Assembly: GCF_000143415.4 (NCBI RefSeq)
Contig: NW_003314261.1
Span: 4,814,691 to 4,878,690, forward strand
Reading direction: 5' to 3'
Source: Selaginella moellendorffii
Taxonomy: Eukaryota > Plantae > Lycopodiophyta
DNA length: 64,000 nt
The notes below the pieces were generated by a model. The model did no database searches, was not told the DNA's origin, and worked only from the letters and a program-made list of their open reading frames with translations. Below are positions 1-14,453 of the stretch, piece by piece. The stretch's first letter is position 1. Each line of letters begins with the position of its first letter. The position numbers were made by a program, and so were the translations under genes.

Positions 1-739
1 GCACGAACACAGGGCATATCACAATAACATGGATCCCAAACTCGTCGCCAAGTTTGCTCACGAGCTTCTCCGACTCGGTTTTAGCAAGCATGTACCAGTA
101 CTGGAACAAAAATCGTAACAAGTTGAGAACTCTTTCCAGCTTCTGTTACCTGGTTCTTTCGGCAGGATTCAGGATCAGACCAGCAGCTCTCATCGATTAT
201 TTGATCTTGAGGATGGTTTGGATTGTAAGCTATGGCAGCTCCAGAGGAGGTGAACACAACACGCTTGATATTCTCCTTGTGGCAAGCTTCCATTACATTT
301 CGAGTACCATCCATGGCGGGTTTTAACACGTCCTATTGGCAACAGTATGATCAGTGAGAATGAAAAAAAAACTCCAAGAAAGAAGAAAAACTCACGTCTG
401 GATCCTCAAACTTTGGAGCAACGGGACAAGCGGTGTGGAAGACAACATCGCAGCCACGAACAGCGCGCACAAGCGAGTCATAGTCGAGAACATCAGCTTT
501 ACACAGCGATAATCTCTCGCCGGCGCCAGGGAGCTTCTTCAAATGCCCATACTTCTCATCGTCATCTAGAACCAAAACCAATCAAGCCAAAATGTGGCCA
601 AGAACCGATCAATCCATCGCTCACCTGGATCTCGAACGGTGCCGTGCACCGTGTAGCCCCGATCCAGCAGCTTGGCGACGATCCACGACGCAATGAAGCC
701 GCCGGCGCCAATCACGCAAGCTCTCTTCCCTCCCTCCAT
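1..739 (-). CDS. Cinnamoyl-CoA reductase-like / DFR-family NAD(P)-dependent reductase, 5' part; runs off the window start
   Basis: Exon 1 (739-625) reads [38 protein letters not shown] (Rossmann motif). Later exons give [54 protein letters not shown]...KRVVFTSS and YWYMLAKT (YxxxK). GT-AG introns are short. The motif differs from the NWYCY of bona fide CCRs, hence CCR-like. Confidence 0.9.
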
Positions 740-1879
740 AATTGCAATGAAGCCCTAGTCAGTACTCTCATGAAGATATTTCCTCTCAGTCTTAGAAAAA
801 ATGGAATTTGGAAGCTCCATCAAACTTGATATACACGAGCTTCTCGACTTTCAAAAGGACCAGGAAAAAAGCATGTCCCACCGAACCCGTGTAACACGAC
901 CGTCCAGATGTGAATTAAATGTAGTAGTAGACATTATGAACTTACTCACTATGTATCATGTCATGACCATGCCATGGGCATTACATGGGTATATTTATTT
1001 TTCTGCTTTGATTTGACTTTTTAGGACATTAGGAAAAAATTAAATGTTGCAGAAAACTTAATATCTATTACAAGTTCATTAGGGTAGGGTTTTATGAATA
1101 TCAGTTTCCCTAGTTGTAATGTGAAATGGTTATAATGATAACATTTTAAATTTTCCACACTGTGATCGTTTATGGGTTGATTTTCCTTCCAAGGATATTA
1201 ATCCAAGAAAAGGTAAAGATTGAATCTCTTGTCTAGGCTTTAATATGCTTATTTTTGGTGTGGTTAAGATTGTTTAGTTCAGTGCATATTATAAAAAACC
1301 CAAAAGCCCCATATAAACAATTATGAAAGAGTAGGTTGTGTTAATTGATTATGCTATGGAAAAATCTTGGTTGTTACATTGCAAAAAGAAGCATTTAATA
1401 GGGGAAAAGCCAAATTTTTCATTTATGCAAGTTTGTTACCCTTATAAAATATTTTTTTTCTCAACAATTTTTATTTATAGATTGACAATCAAATTGAAAG
1501 TGAGATTGAAAATGATATTTCAATTGAACAAGACCAAAGTGTTGATCAAGAAAGAAGTGCTAATGTTAATAATATAAGTGAGGTAAAGTGTATAAAGGTT
1601 TCAAAATTTAGATGGCTTCATTTTCCTTTTTACTTTCCAGATTGACTCTAATCTAAACCTTATAGCTGTTGAATCTCTCTAGATCCTTCCACAAACCTAA
1701 AAAGGTATTGCTAAGTTTTATATTGATCTTGTTCGCATGGGGTAGATCCACAATTAATATCCTTTATTTTAACTTAATAGCTTAAATGTCATCTTATATC
1801 TTAACATAGACTTCATTTAACATTGTTTTGCATGCAAGAGTTGGATATGGGAAGTTGGTGTTTGTATATAACATACCTA

Positions 1880-2148
1880 AATTTAGAGCCAAACTCCACA
1901 CCTATTACATTACTAAATGGGGGTCTGCTACACTCTCAATTTTACGAGCACTAGCTCCCTATACCCAACACTTGTATACAAAACAATATCAAATGGCATC
2001 TAATACAATTTTGACATATCAATGACCTAACATGAGGAGGTGGGTACCCTATCGACTAATATAGCATGGAGTTTGGGTTTAAACCCAAGCTGGACATAGA
2101 ATAAGAGCAACACAACCTAACAAGAGCCAAACTAATGTCTTAGTTGCA
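1880..2148. repeat. Dispersed LTR-like repeat, copy A, followed by a poly-C tract (PPT on - strand)
   Basis: Aligns by eye with 5370-5661 (gagcc.aactcc...gagcactagctccct.tacc...tgggtaccct...ggagttt...aaacc.aagct) and with ~16390-16570 plus 17254-17455. Confidence 0.6.
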
Positions 2149-4985
2149 CCCCCCCCCACCCCCCCCCCCCCCCCCCGACTTAAACCCAACTCTGAAAATT
2201 AACAAAAAACATACTTTGTATATGGGAAATACATCAACTTCAATGAGTGGGGAAACTACCTTTCCTCTACATCTAAGGACATTAAAACTTAAACATCCTT
2301 TAGTTGTCACCAACAAGGAAATGACTAATAAAGTGAGCCACTTTTATTGATTCGAGCATCACTCAGCTTACAAAGGAATGATACACCCTTGCCTATAGGA
2401 ATATAGGGAGAGAGTTAAAGGCTTAACTCTTTTGAGTAGAAATCAACCCCATCAGAAAGATTTAGACTAGGAGATGAAGTTGTTTATATGACCACTACCC
2501 TTTTCAAAAATGGGTCAACATAAAAGAGGCAGGGATTTGATAATGGTATCGATTGAACCCATATACCGAAGTGCCAAAGTCAACCCACCAAGATTTATCC
2601 AAAACTAACAAACAAGAGAAATGTTTAATGGAAATATATTACTTTATTGATTTCCAAGATTTATTATAAAGATTTATAAAAGTTACTTTTTATTATAATT
2701 CTCATACTCCATGACAAGCTTACAAATATGCGTAAGATTCCTAAGAAGCTCTTAAGTTGATTCATAAGTTGGGTAACCTTTCACACTTAACAAGATATTC
2801 CTTCACACAAACTTATCTTGGAAACCAAGAATCCAAGACAGTTTCAACTTCATACTTGGGTTCACTATCCACAACCTTTGATATTGGGCAAATTTCCTGT
2901 TGACGGTCAACATTTATAGTGTATGGTGCCAAAAGATTAACATAAAAAACATTATGAACATTATCTCCGCAGGAAGATCCAACTGATAGAATATATCACC
3001 AATTTGCTTTAATACTTGATAGGGACCAACAAATCTTGGTAACAACTTTTGGGATAAAGAGCTTTTAATATTCAAGTTTTGGGAAGATAGCCACACTTGA
3101 TCTCCCACTTGATAGGATACATTCTTATAATATTGATTTTTATCATGTTGATACATATCTTATCCTTATTATGTTGATATGTATCTTGAGCTTTGCCCAT
3201 CACCTCAATACCCCTAGACTAACCTTGTGCAGTTGCTCCACATAAGTCTCAATAGCTAAGACCAACATTTCAGACATTAGTTTCAGTGTAACAATTTGTT
3301 GAGGAACTCCACGAGCATTCCCTTGTAACATTTCATATGGAGGATAGCTAATAGCATTGTGAAATGTGTTGTTATAATAGATTTCTACTGTGTTTAAATG
3401 TTTAACCTAGTCGTGTTGGTCTATTATGACATAGTAATGCAGATAATCCTCAACTTGAGTATTCACATGTTCAATTTGCCTATTGGTTTGAGGATGATAA
3501 GCTATATTAAGCTTCAACTTTGGTACCGAATAAGTGGAATAATATGCCCTAAAACTTCCCTATAAATCTTGAATCTTTATCCGAGATCATTTCTTAAAGA
3601 AGACTAGAAACCCGTACTATTTTATGGAAAAAGACTGCTTGCTTTGCATTCATTATTTCCACAGTTAGAATAAAATATGCAATTTTTAATAACCGATCCA
3701 CAACCACTATCAAAGTGTCATAACCTTTAAACTTTAGGAAACAAGTGACAAAGTCAAGTGTCATACTCTGAAATAGCCATGTTAGCTTGCTTTTTAGTTC
3801 TTTGCTTACACTGCTAGCATATAGGGCAAGACATCACCTTCCATACTAAACTAGAAAAATCCCTTTTTCAATGAGGTAAGAGTCTTTCGTTTACTACCAT
3901 ATTCCACTATCAGAACATCATGATGTTCTCACAGAATCAACTATCATAGGTCCTTGGACAACAAATACAATCTTTCTTGCTTATAATAAATAAATCTGTC
4001 TTTAACTGAGAAGTGAAGTTTCACAATGGTGTGACTAACAACTTTCACTACTTTGCTACCAAGGTTCTACTTCAACAACTCCATATGATGCAACATCACT
4101 TTTGTTAACAATTCGTTTCTATATGAAGCCCAAATATCCTCCAACTAATCTAAACTGATTGCCAACATTGCCTAGAATTGAGTTGATTCAATGCATCCGG
4201 AACAATATTGTCTTTACAAGTTTATAGATGATTTTAATATCAAATGTAGTGAGCTTCTCTTGCCAACAAACTTGCTTTGGCATAAACTTTGGTTGCATTG
4301 CAAAGTAGCTCAATGTGTTATTATTTATATAAACCTTGGTATGTCCACCCAAATAGTGTTTCAAATGTTTCAACGCTAACACTATAAAAAAACATCTCTT
4401 TCTCGTGTGTTAACCATCTTTATTGGGTTTTATCTAATTTTTAGAGTAAAAAACAATGGGACACTTGTGTTGCTTTAGCATAACACCAAATGTATTATCA
4501 CAATCTTGCTGCAACACAACATCTATAACATAGCCAAATGCATCATAATGCACTTCGAAAGGTTTATTAAGATCTGGAATCTTGAGAATAGGAACCATAG
4601 TCAAGATCACCTTCAATCATACAAAAGTATATTGACAATTCGGTGTCCAATAAAACGATATACTACCCTTTATTAACTCATTAAACGGAAGAACAATACT
4701 TACATATGCAACCTTCATATGATTAACTATGTTTGCCACTATAAAATAGTTTTTTATATTGTAAATCTAGTCTTTCAAAACTTGACAATCTTGTATGCCT
4801 CTAAAATTAAGTGGTTTCAAGGTCTTGAACTTTGAAATTTGTGCAACTGGGGGCAATTGCAAAAATTCATCATCCTCAAAACTTGAAGAGGAGTTTGGTT
4901 GTTTAGATTTAGTTGGTTTAGTTGCTTTAGCTTCTTTTTTCCTCTTTTTGTTCTCTTTTTTTAATTTATGAATTTCTTTTTGCAA
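2149..4985 (-). mobile_element. Degenerate Ty3/gypsy (chromovirus-type) internal region: RNase H, integrase, chromodomain
   Basis: RNase H fragments: ILKIPDLNKPFEVHYDAFGY, LALKHLKHYLGG. Integrase C-terminus: YQVGDQVWLS...KLLPRFVGPYQVL. Chromodomain remnant EPKYEVETVLDS...EYLVK at ~2780-2860. PPT-like poly-C at 2149-2177. Many stops and frameshifts. Confidence 0.85.
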
Positions 4986-5369
4986 ATTCTCGATCTCAAT
5001 ATCTTGAGTTGTACACTACAATGCTATAGTATTAAGCCCTTCAATTTTTGACTTAGCCTTAACCTTAGCCTTTTCTATAGCATCTTTGGTAAGAGTTTCC
5101 TCCTTTTGATTTGCCTATCTAAAGGTTTTAGCATCATCAACATAGATTCTTTTCACTATCTCACTAGTTTCTTGCATGCCTCTATTAATAACTAAACATG
5201 CATGCAATGTTTTTACCGAATAGTGGAATTTAATTAATCCTTCATAGGTCGTTTTGGATCTACTAAAAAAGTCTTTACATATGTAACTTGAGTCAGAAAA
5301 TCTGATAAAAGTTAGATAGGAATTGCTAAGACATTTCCTCTGATGCCAAATGTAACACACTTAAATATG

Positions 5370-5690
5370 GAGCCGAACTCCAAATCCATTGCATTACAAA
5401 ATGAGTGTTTAGTACACTTTTAATCATATGAGCACTAGCTCCCTGTACCTAGCACTTGTATGAAAAATAGCATTAAATGGTGTCTGACATAATTTTGGCA
5501 TATTGGTGGGTACCCTACCGACTAGCACAATATGGAGTTTTAGCTTAAACCTAAGCTAAATAAAGAGTAACATAGTGGGAGCCAAATTAATATCTCAAGT
5601 GGTTGGCTATGCATTTCAACCCCACTATCCCTACTATACATTTAGAACCTCCTATAGCACACCCCCCCCCCCCGCCGTTCCCCCTTTAGA
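5370..5690. repeat. Dispersed LTR-like repeat, copy B, ending ...CA and followed by a poly-C PPT
   Basis: Similar to 1880-2148; ends tagcaca|ccccccccccccgcc. Confidence 0.6.
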
Positions 5691-6292
5691 AACGCACACT
5701 TTGGGCTTTCACCTTAGTCCCAAGAGTTAATCTTTAAAACAAGCTTGAAAACTTACTAATTATGCAATAGTGCTAAATCATGAATTGGGACATAGAAACA
5801 ACACCATAAGGTTTAAGATACTCTCTAGATTCCATAAATATGCCTCTCGAGTAAATCTATAAATAGCATATGAAACTGGAATAATAAATATATATGTACA
5901 TTCCTTAGGATTAATACAAAAATTGGGCGTGTCACCCTCTCAACAAAATACTCTATGTGACACTCATGTGTCTCAATTGGACCTAGTCTTGAAGTAGAAG
6001 TGGATATGGTCATCTCCTTTAGATCATATCGATATCCAAGCCTCCCCCTCAAATTGATCATAGAACAGAGTTAAAGCGGTGCTATTGCAAATCTCATTGT
6101 CAACCACTCTACCAAAACACAAGAGCCATATGTTCCTCTACTCCTCTAGTCAACTAGATTTTGCCTGCTTTTTCAGGATGGCATAATAGAGGTGCATTGC
6201 TACAAGAGTAAGTCTCCACCATGAGGCTAAAACTATAAATATCTTCATGTTGTCCATCAAAATGATAATGATTCCATGCCTCCCAAAGTGTT

Positions 6293-6392
6293 NNNNNNNN
6301 NNNNNNNNNNNNNNNNNNNNNNNNNNNNNNNNNNNNNNNNNNNNNNNNNNNNNNNNNNNNNNNNNNNNNNNNNNNNNNNNNNNNNNNNNNNN
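6293..6392. other. Assembly gap (100 N)
   Basis: Run of exactly 100 n, a typical scaffold placeholder. Confidence 0.99.
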
Positions 6393-6739
6393 TTCTTGTC
6401 ACTAGCCAGTGCAAGACACAACGAGACAGGAACTCTTTACCAAGCTAAGTGTTAATATCATGTAGGAATTCTATCCTTATACTCATTCAGTTTAAATACA
6501 CTCAAGATGTCCAATAAACTCCACTAGTATAAGAAAGGTTACTAAAGGGATCCAATTGTACTGATCTCCTACTGTCATGGTAGTAAAGAAAAAGTGTTTA
6601 TAAGAACTAGTTGACAAGTATCTTTTGTTATATTTGCAATATCATTGGGGTTATTAAGTGTGTACCAAACCCTCATTTTATAATACATTAGGCTTGGAGT
6701 TCAACTGGATTATAGATATGCCAATAATCGATTGTTGAG

Positions 6740-7125
6740 AGCTATTATAAGTAAATTAAAGTAAAGATAAGTACTTTCCCATAATCCTTACTTTATCAAA
6801 TTTCTTATAAAAGACATTAATAAATTTTTCAATAGTTGATTCATATGCTTTTTTTGTGTATACATTTGTGGATGCTCACCAATACTCATGCTCACTTTAG
6901 TCTCTAGCTTCTTAAAGACTGTTTACTAAAAGTTAGATATAAACTTAAGATCCCAATCTCTTTTAATATCACTTAGCAAACTATAAAGGTTGAATAACAC
7001 CTCTATAAACACCTCAACAAGTTTAAAAGCTTTAATTGTTATCTTTATTATAAATAAGTAAGCCATCTTTGTAAAATGATCCATAACAACCTAGATAATA
7101 TCATTTCCTTGAAAGGTGGTCTTTT
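6740..7125 (-). mobile_element. Highly degraded Ty3/gypsy integrase fragment
   Basis: The reverse strand near 7060-7120 reads approximately GNDII*VVMDHFTKMAYL, the gypsy integrase 'VVVDRFTKMAHF' motif. Confidence 0.6.
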
Positions 7126-7379
7126 GTTGTCTAAGTTGTTTTTGAATATTTAAAGTTTACATTCACTTTTGCTCTAGTTTTCATCCATTTAAACAACACA
7201 ACTATATTTTGTTAAAGAAAATGCTTCATTAGCATTGTTTTGATATAGAAAGGACCAAATAGTGATTCTCACTCAATTATTTTTCACTCTCAAAAGTATA
7301 TAGCTTTCATGTGGTCTTTTGTCGTTTAGAATTCTTTTAATCTTTTGAAGTTTGCATTCACTTTTACTTCAATTTTCAT

Positions 7380-8100
7380 CCACATATATCAATAAATCAA
7401 AATGTTGCAATATAATTTTCTCCACCCCTTCCTCTTGCTCTAGGGCCTTTGAAATCTATCTTTATGGATTTCTTTATTAATCTTCTAATTTTTCAAGGAT
7501 TTGATAGTGTCCTTTTTGTAGTCGATTAGTTTTCTAAAATGGTATATTTCTTAGCATGTCACAAGACAATTGATAGAAGGTAGTTGACTAAGCTTATTTA
7601 CAAAGAGATTTTCTACCTTTATATATTGCCAGATAATATTGACAATGATCAAGGGCTTTAATTTGTTTATAAATTTTGGTGCTAATTTATTTCTTCCTTT
7701 GTTATCCACTTCTTACCATCTATAAATTGATAATTAATCTCCTTCCTTCTACTGAGTTTATTTATAATAATTCTTAACACTTTTTAACACATTACTGTTC
7801 CTTCTTTGTCAACTATAGCCTTCATCTTTGTTAGTTATATTTTTTTTCTTTAAGTACCTAATTTTTTAAATGATTTTATTGCTACTTATACTACTACTTT
7901 AGATTCTCTTTATAAGAAAGTTCATTATTACATTTCTCTTATTTAAGTTGTTCATCATTTTATTACTGATTATTCTTGGTCCTTCTTTTTAGTTGAATCA
8001 AAGGTTTAGCTTCTTTACCATTATTAGAAGACCACACATACTTGCAATAAGATAGATTATCAATATCTGGGTATTCACTATATGCTCTCTCACACTAGAA
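7380..8100 (+). mobile_element. Highly degraded Ty3/gypsy integrase fragment, opposite orientation to the previous one
   Basis: SIFMDFFINLLIFQGFDSVL..VD*FSKMVYF at ~7455-7550; remnants toward 'KIDYQYLG' near 8050-8070. Confidence 0.6.
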
Positions 8101-9239
8101 ACTTGGTGATTGATTTGTTCTCAAAAAGAAAGAAAGAGAGAGAGAAAAGAAGGGAAGAGTGGAGTGGATGTTTATTGTTGTGCTTGATTCACTTAATCTT
8201 ATGCTCTATTGAAGTTAAATGCAAACAAACACATAGAGAGTAAGAAAGAAAAGTGATTAAATCCTTCAATCCCTAAGAAGGTTTTTGTCAAAGTTGTGAG
8301 TAAAAATAAACTTAACATTGCTTAAGTACTCTAGATTTTGAGTATATGGATATGCATTAATGATGGAAGGCTAGAGTACAAAAGAGTTAGGGATAGGATT
8401 TGAGTGTTAACTTGCCCCTCTTAACTAGTCCTATATAATGGCAATTGCCACTTCTTCATATTTTTAAGTCTCAAGGTTTGAGTCTCAAGACTTAGGATCA
8501 TGCTTCTAAATACAAAGTTGAATTTTTGTGCTTCACATGCACTTAGGTTACTTATTAACTCAATCTTCCACTATTTATAAACTTACATCTAGTGTTCTAT
8601 ATTTCTTTATGAAACATTATCTCATCCTTTCTAATCCCACTGGTTTCTCACCACCACCTCCTCCAAAGTGAGTACAAGTTGGCATCCTTAATTTGAAGTA
8701 TTAGTATCACAACTTCTATTGTTTTTTTGACTAACTTAAGTATCCTCCTTGTGATTATACTTGGGAGTTTGCTTCTCACATTGCTCATACTTTTAAGTTG
8801 GTTGCAAATTTTCATCAATGATATCCATTTAAGCTTAGTTCTATACCACTTTAGTTGTTGTTCAGTGCTCAATATAAAAGAAGGTAAGGATGATGTCATA
8901 TATTTGGAATATTTTTGTATTTATTGAGAAGTATATTCACTATTACTGGCCATAGTAAAAATTAAACCCCAAACTTTTACTTATATATGGGATGCAACAC
9001 CCACTATGCACATGGATGGGCATTTGGGATTAATATGGATCTATACCCAGATTAGATTTCTAGATTAGTTGAGGGATGGACTAGATTAGTTTCTAGAGTT
9101 TCTATGAAAGTAAGAGTGTTCAAGATAAATATTTTTTTATTTAATATTGTAATAGTTTCATTATCTCCCCTTCTTTTAATGACGAGCTCTTAGATAACAA
9201 TATTATCTATATTGAAAATTATATTTATTTTCACTTTTA

Positions 9240-11137
9240 TAGGTGTGGATGATAGTGCTTTTTTCATATCATCACTACCCCACGTCCAGTCTTTGATGCA
9301 AGAATGGGCCTCCCACAGCGAAGGTCTTAGAGCAAAGATGGTGATCCCGCTCTGCCACAAGTACTCAAGCAAGAGCTTGTGCTTTATTGGGCTTTAAGGA
9401 ACACAACTGTATGGTGTTTGCTCTTCTTCGGGGATGTGATTTCTTGGAGCTTCATCTCTACACACTCACTCGATAAGTCTATGATGATGATGATGATTGG
9501 CATGATGATGAGCACTGGATCAAGAACTGGATCTCAACCGAGGATCATTGTGTGGAATTTGGAAGATGGCAGATAAACATTGAACAAGACGTACTGAGAT
9601 GCCTTGGTGGTGACAGTCAAGAGCCATATGATAACTATTATGATAAGGAAAACTTTGACAAAGAAGGCTATTGAGGGAACGAGGGTGGAATTTATGAGTA
9701 CTTCTATCACGTCGCAGTGCTGGTGGCCTGGCCCAAGAGCAAACGCTGTGATGCAATTCTCTCCAGTTGTTTGTATTATGTCGGCAGCAGACGTGTGGCT
9801 GGGCTCATGAAAGACGCTGGCACTGCCGAGGGTGCAAAGGAAGAGGTGCACAAACTGGAGGTGGCACTGGAGAAGTGGAAGCCTCAGCTTATCAGTGGCA
9901 TGTTTGATAAGGGAACTGAGACTTTGGGCACACTCATATCGTCGGGGTGTGAGCATGGAGTGATCGAGCTGGCCAGAATGCTCATGAAAGCTGTCAAGCA
10001 ATATCCTCACAATTTAGAGAAGCTGTTGGAGTTCTTTCTCGACACTCCAGCTTGCAAGGCCAAGGCTTTGGAGATCGTCTCGGAAGCCCCGCTGGAGTGT
10101 GTTGCATTGGCAGTGCATCGCAGCCATGAGTACCGCCAACTCGTAGAGGCTTGAGTGGACAAGCTAACATCAACAGATTTGGAAGTAGAGAAACTCAGGC
10201 TAAAACTCCCATCGTGGTGCAATGGGTGTGCAACCATCTTTGATGTTCACGGACAGTTCCTGGCTAGTGTCGTGAAGTTGATCTCAACACTTGCAGTGTA
10301 TGGCTCACTCAACACTGCCATGGAGCTCGCAAGCATGGAAAAGCAGCTGCTGGTGGATCTGGAAGAGGAACTCAGACTTCACCACAAATGCAGCTATGAT
10401 GAAATGCTTGTACTGCTGTTCATGGTTTCATGGGGAAAGTTATCGATGAACACTGCAAAGTCTATACTCTAGGTGGAGAAGGAGGTGATGAATAATGCAT
10501 TGACACTGCGACCAGTTTGCTAGGCATGAAAGAGAGGGTCACAGTAACAGCCTTGCTTTCTGAGCTGTGTGCTTCTTACTTGCAAGCGAATGCTCCTCAA
10601 CAAGATTTTGAGTCATACTTTTATCCTGGTGAGTACTTTGGTTCTGCGGAAGAGCTCTTTGATTCCATAGAAGAGCACGCTTGAGATGAGTATAATCAGC
10701 TGGCGAGAGCCTACCACTCCAGAGGTCCTATGGCTAAGGAATTTGTGGCGAATGTGTTCCGGTTTGGGGATGAGGAGCTCATCAGCAAGGTGGCTGGATT
10801 GCTCATCGACGGGACGCACTTAACTTGGAAGCTATTAAGTTCTTCTAACATTGTTGTGGTGGCTTTGGATTCCACTGCTGCGGCAAGGAACTCCTTGAGG
10901 AAGGTGGTGGAGGCGAGGATGGAACACCTGTGTTCCAAGCTCCAGTATGGAGGGGAGAGGATTAAGTCAAATCCATCCAAGAGGCAAGGGTTGGAGGTGT
11001 GCTGCCGGCACAGCAAGTGCTGGAAAACCCTGTGGAGACTCCGTGCTCTATATGATATCCGGGTGGAGGAATTTGAGGATCATGCCGCTGCCGAGCTCAA
11101 GGAGTTGGAGCTCGTCTTGAACAAAATGGCTCCATAA
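9240..11137 (+). pseudogene. 2OG-Fe(II) dioxygenase-like gene, copy 1 (5'-truncated, multiple stops and frameshifts)
   Basis: Collinear with 24675-25819 plus 30338-31105 (GVDDSAFF.SSLP.VQSLMQ.WAS.SEGLRAKMVIPLCHKYS ... FEDHAAAELKELELVLNKMAP*). The catalytic N-terminal domain is missing, replaced by AT-rich DNA left of 9240. Confidence 0.9.
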
Positions 11138-14100
11138 GTTCAAAAGAGAGGTAAAAGTTGAAGCACAAACACTTAATTAAGTGCTAAAGATTTCCCTTAG
11201 AGAATAGGTCTCTTTACGGTGAAAGTTTTTTATCCTCCTGTTCCATATACATTGATTATTAAATGCTTGACACAAATTTCTCCAAGAGATATCCCTGGTG
11301 TGTGGTGGGATAGATCAGTCTTGATCACCTCAGTGTTCTTCCATATGCTAACAGCCTAGATCCCTAAAGTTGAATGCAGTGAAAGTGCTGCCATGGATGA
11401 ACATGTAAAGCTTGGAATGCCCACCTTGCTCGCATCATTGAATTGAGGCTCATATCCGGTGTCCACTCCCACAATAGCGCAGCAGAGGGCGGTCTTGGGG
11501 AGGAACTCTGGACAGTCAGTGGATGCATATGGAACGTACACTCTCTAGCACCCAAACCGCCCTGAGCTTGGCGAGATCTTGGCATGAAACTGGGAGCTTG
11601 GTGATGCCTTCCACTGCCAAACACACTGCCTTGGATCGTCCCAGCTGCCCAGCCTTGCCAAGGACCCGACAGCCATGCCCTTCTCAGCCACCACCACCTC
11701 AGCTTCCATCTCAGTTCCCAAAAAGCTGTTACTGTGTGACATCTTGAGCTCCACCAGCTCACGTGAGTGCTCAGAGACAGGCATGCCACCATGCTCACCA
11801 GGGCCACCACGTGATTACCAAGATCCATCACCTTATTGAGCAAGCACCCCAAGACGCAAACAAGCAAAAGCCTTTAGCTGGTTAGTGTAGATGTTTGGAT
11901 TTTGTGTGTAGTGACTTCATTGCTTTGGTATGGTTATATACATAATGGTATGGGTGTGATGGTTGGTGTTTGGTGTCATGGATGGATGACTTAGCTTGTT
12001 TTCTGACATGGAGACTTGTTGTCACTTGTCTCCACACTCCTCCTCAAGGCTCCTATTGTTAGTCAAATGGAGAGATTTGAGGAAGACTTCATGTTTCACT
12101 CAATGTAGCGACTTCATTAGGATATCAAAGACCATTGAGGTGGTTGAGCAAAATTCTAGGTTGATAGTTCTATTGTTGACTTGATCCCAAATGAAGTGGA
12201 ACCTCAAGTCAGTGTGCTTGGTGTGTGAAATCTCACATCCCGAGTCAACACTATTGCTGACATGTTGTTGAAGTAGAATTTGACTATTAGAAATTGTATC
12301 CCGAGGTCTTGTAGCAACATCTTAAGATAAATGGATTCTTTTGCTATTGCTGTAGATGCGATGTATTCAGACTCACACGAGGACATTGCAGTGATCTGCT
12401 GCCTCCTAGAATGCTAAGTAACCACATTACGGTTATACATGATGATCATTTGGATCACCTGCCCAGTCTATGTCCATGTATCCCATGCATATTTCAATGT
12501 ATTTTCTTATACCACTCACATAGCTCATGATCTGCTTCACAGCAGCCCAATGTGAGGATGAAGGGTTATCCAGGAACTTTAAGACACACTGAATGCAAGG
12601 TTAGGTCTAGTCGAAACCATTAAGTAGATGAGACTTCTGACTACTGAATGGTACAATATCATGTTCTCCTCCTTAGGAGTGTCATCTAAAGTTGATATTG
12701 AGCTAAAGGCCTTAGACAACTTTGAGCCTACTTCTAGCCACTAGGTTAGCACCAAACATAGAGTATGTCATGGAGAATGTCATGGATGTATTTCTTTGGA
12801 GAATGTCATGGATGTATTTCTCCTGGGAGAGCTTAAGTACTCCATGTTGCCTATCATGGCAGACTTGAATTCCCAAACAATAGTGCAAATCTCCCAGATC
12901 AGTCATCTTAAATTTGGCAGCAAGGTAAGTCTTAATCTAGTTGATAAGCTGCACCTAGTTGGAGGCTAATAATGTATCATCTACATAGAAGGCTAAGAAT
13001 ATAGAGATTGTTATCAATCACATTGTAAGTGAGGTTAGAAAATCATTGATTTTAGTGTACCATGACTTGGGTTTCAGCCTATATAATGCCTTATGTAAAT
13101 AGCAAATGAGATGCTCCTAGCCTAGAAGGCTGGGTGATGTACACCTCCTCCTCAAGATCACCATTGAGGAAAGCACTTCTCACATCAAGTTGATGGAGCT
13201 CCAAGTCAAGCTCAGTTACATGGCTAATCAAAAGATGAATGGTTGTCAACTTCACAATAGGGCTATAAGTTTCAGAGTAGTCAACTCCCTATATTTATAA
13301 GAAGCCACAAGCTACAAAGCATGCATTCTAGTGCTTGATCCATTAGCTAGGTATTTCATCTTGAACAACCACTTGGCTGCGACTATCTTCCTGCCAGAAG
13401 GGAGGGGAACCAACATCTAGGTTCAATTCTTGATCCACTAGTGAGAGATACTCATATTGCATAACCACTTGCCACTCTAAGGCATCAGGGCTAGAAAAAG
13501 TAGCCTGGTAGCCACAAGGCTCAGCAATCCAATAGAATCCCTTCTTGCACAAAGCTTGAGTAAAGGACTCAAGAGCTTTAAGCATTATAACAATCCCAAT
13601 CTCTTGACAAGGTGGTAGTGTCAAGAGAGGATTTGGAGGAGGTGAGTTGGAAGAGCCTTCAACCATTTCTTCACTAATAAAGAACTCATCCATAAAAGTA
13701 GCAAGGGTTTGCTCATTGGATAAAGTAGAAGTGTTGTTGGTCACCCCCGAAGTGACTGGAGAGTTGGTGGGGAAGTCATGCCACTGCCAAGTAGAGGAGC
13801 ATTGCTCCTCCTGGAAGAAGCTACCTCTAAACTGCTTAGTGAACTCCTCATCTAACACCAAGGACAAGTCCTAGAACTAGAAGAAGCAATACCTCAAATG
13901 TGGTGATAGAGTTCTTGCTTGTTGAAAGAAACATTTTGGCTAACCATGAGCTTATTGAGAGCAAGATTATAAAGGCAGTAAACCTTAGAATGAGCATGAT
14001 AGCCCATGAAGATGGTCTTCTGACTTATGGGAATGCGAGCATATGCTATTCAACCAAAGAGCCTCAAGTGCCCTAACTGAGAGCACTTCCCAGTCAAAGC

Positions 14101-14453
14101 ATAATAAGAAACCGTGCTAGTGCTCCTTGTGGGAAAACAGTTGCAGATATAAAAGGCCATGTTGACCACTTTGCCTCAAAAGGATTTAGGTAAACCTGCA
14201 TGTTGGAGAATGAATCTCTAGCAAAGTGTAATTGAATCGCTCTGCCACACCATTCTGCTGGGGAGTACAGGCTGTCATATATTGTTAATCTATGCTTGTC
14301 TCAGCTAGGAAGTTGAGAAACTTGCTGCTCATGTACTTGCCATCACCATCCTTATATAGCACATGGATTTTCCTTCTAGTAAACATCTCTACCTAGCTTT
14401 TGAAAAGCTTGAAGTGGTTAAACATTTCACTCTTTATGAGGAGAAGACTTACT

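Noticed and set aside
2144-2350. Poly-proline ORF
   Set aside because: Translation of the poly-C tract next to an LTR-like end.
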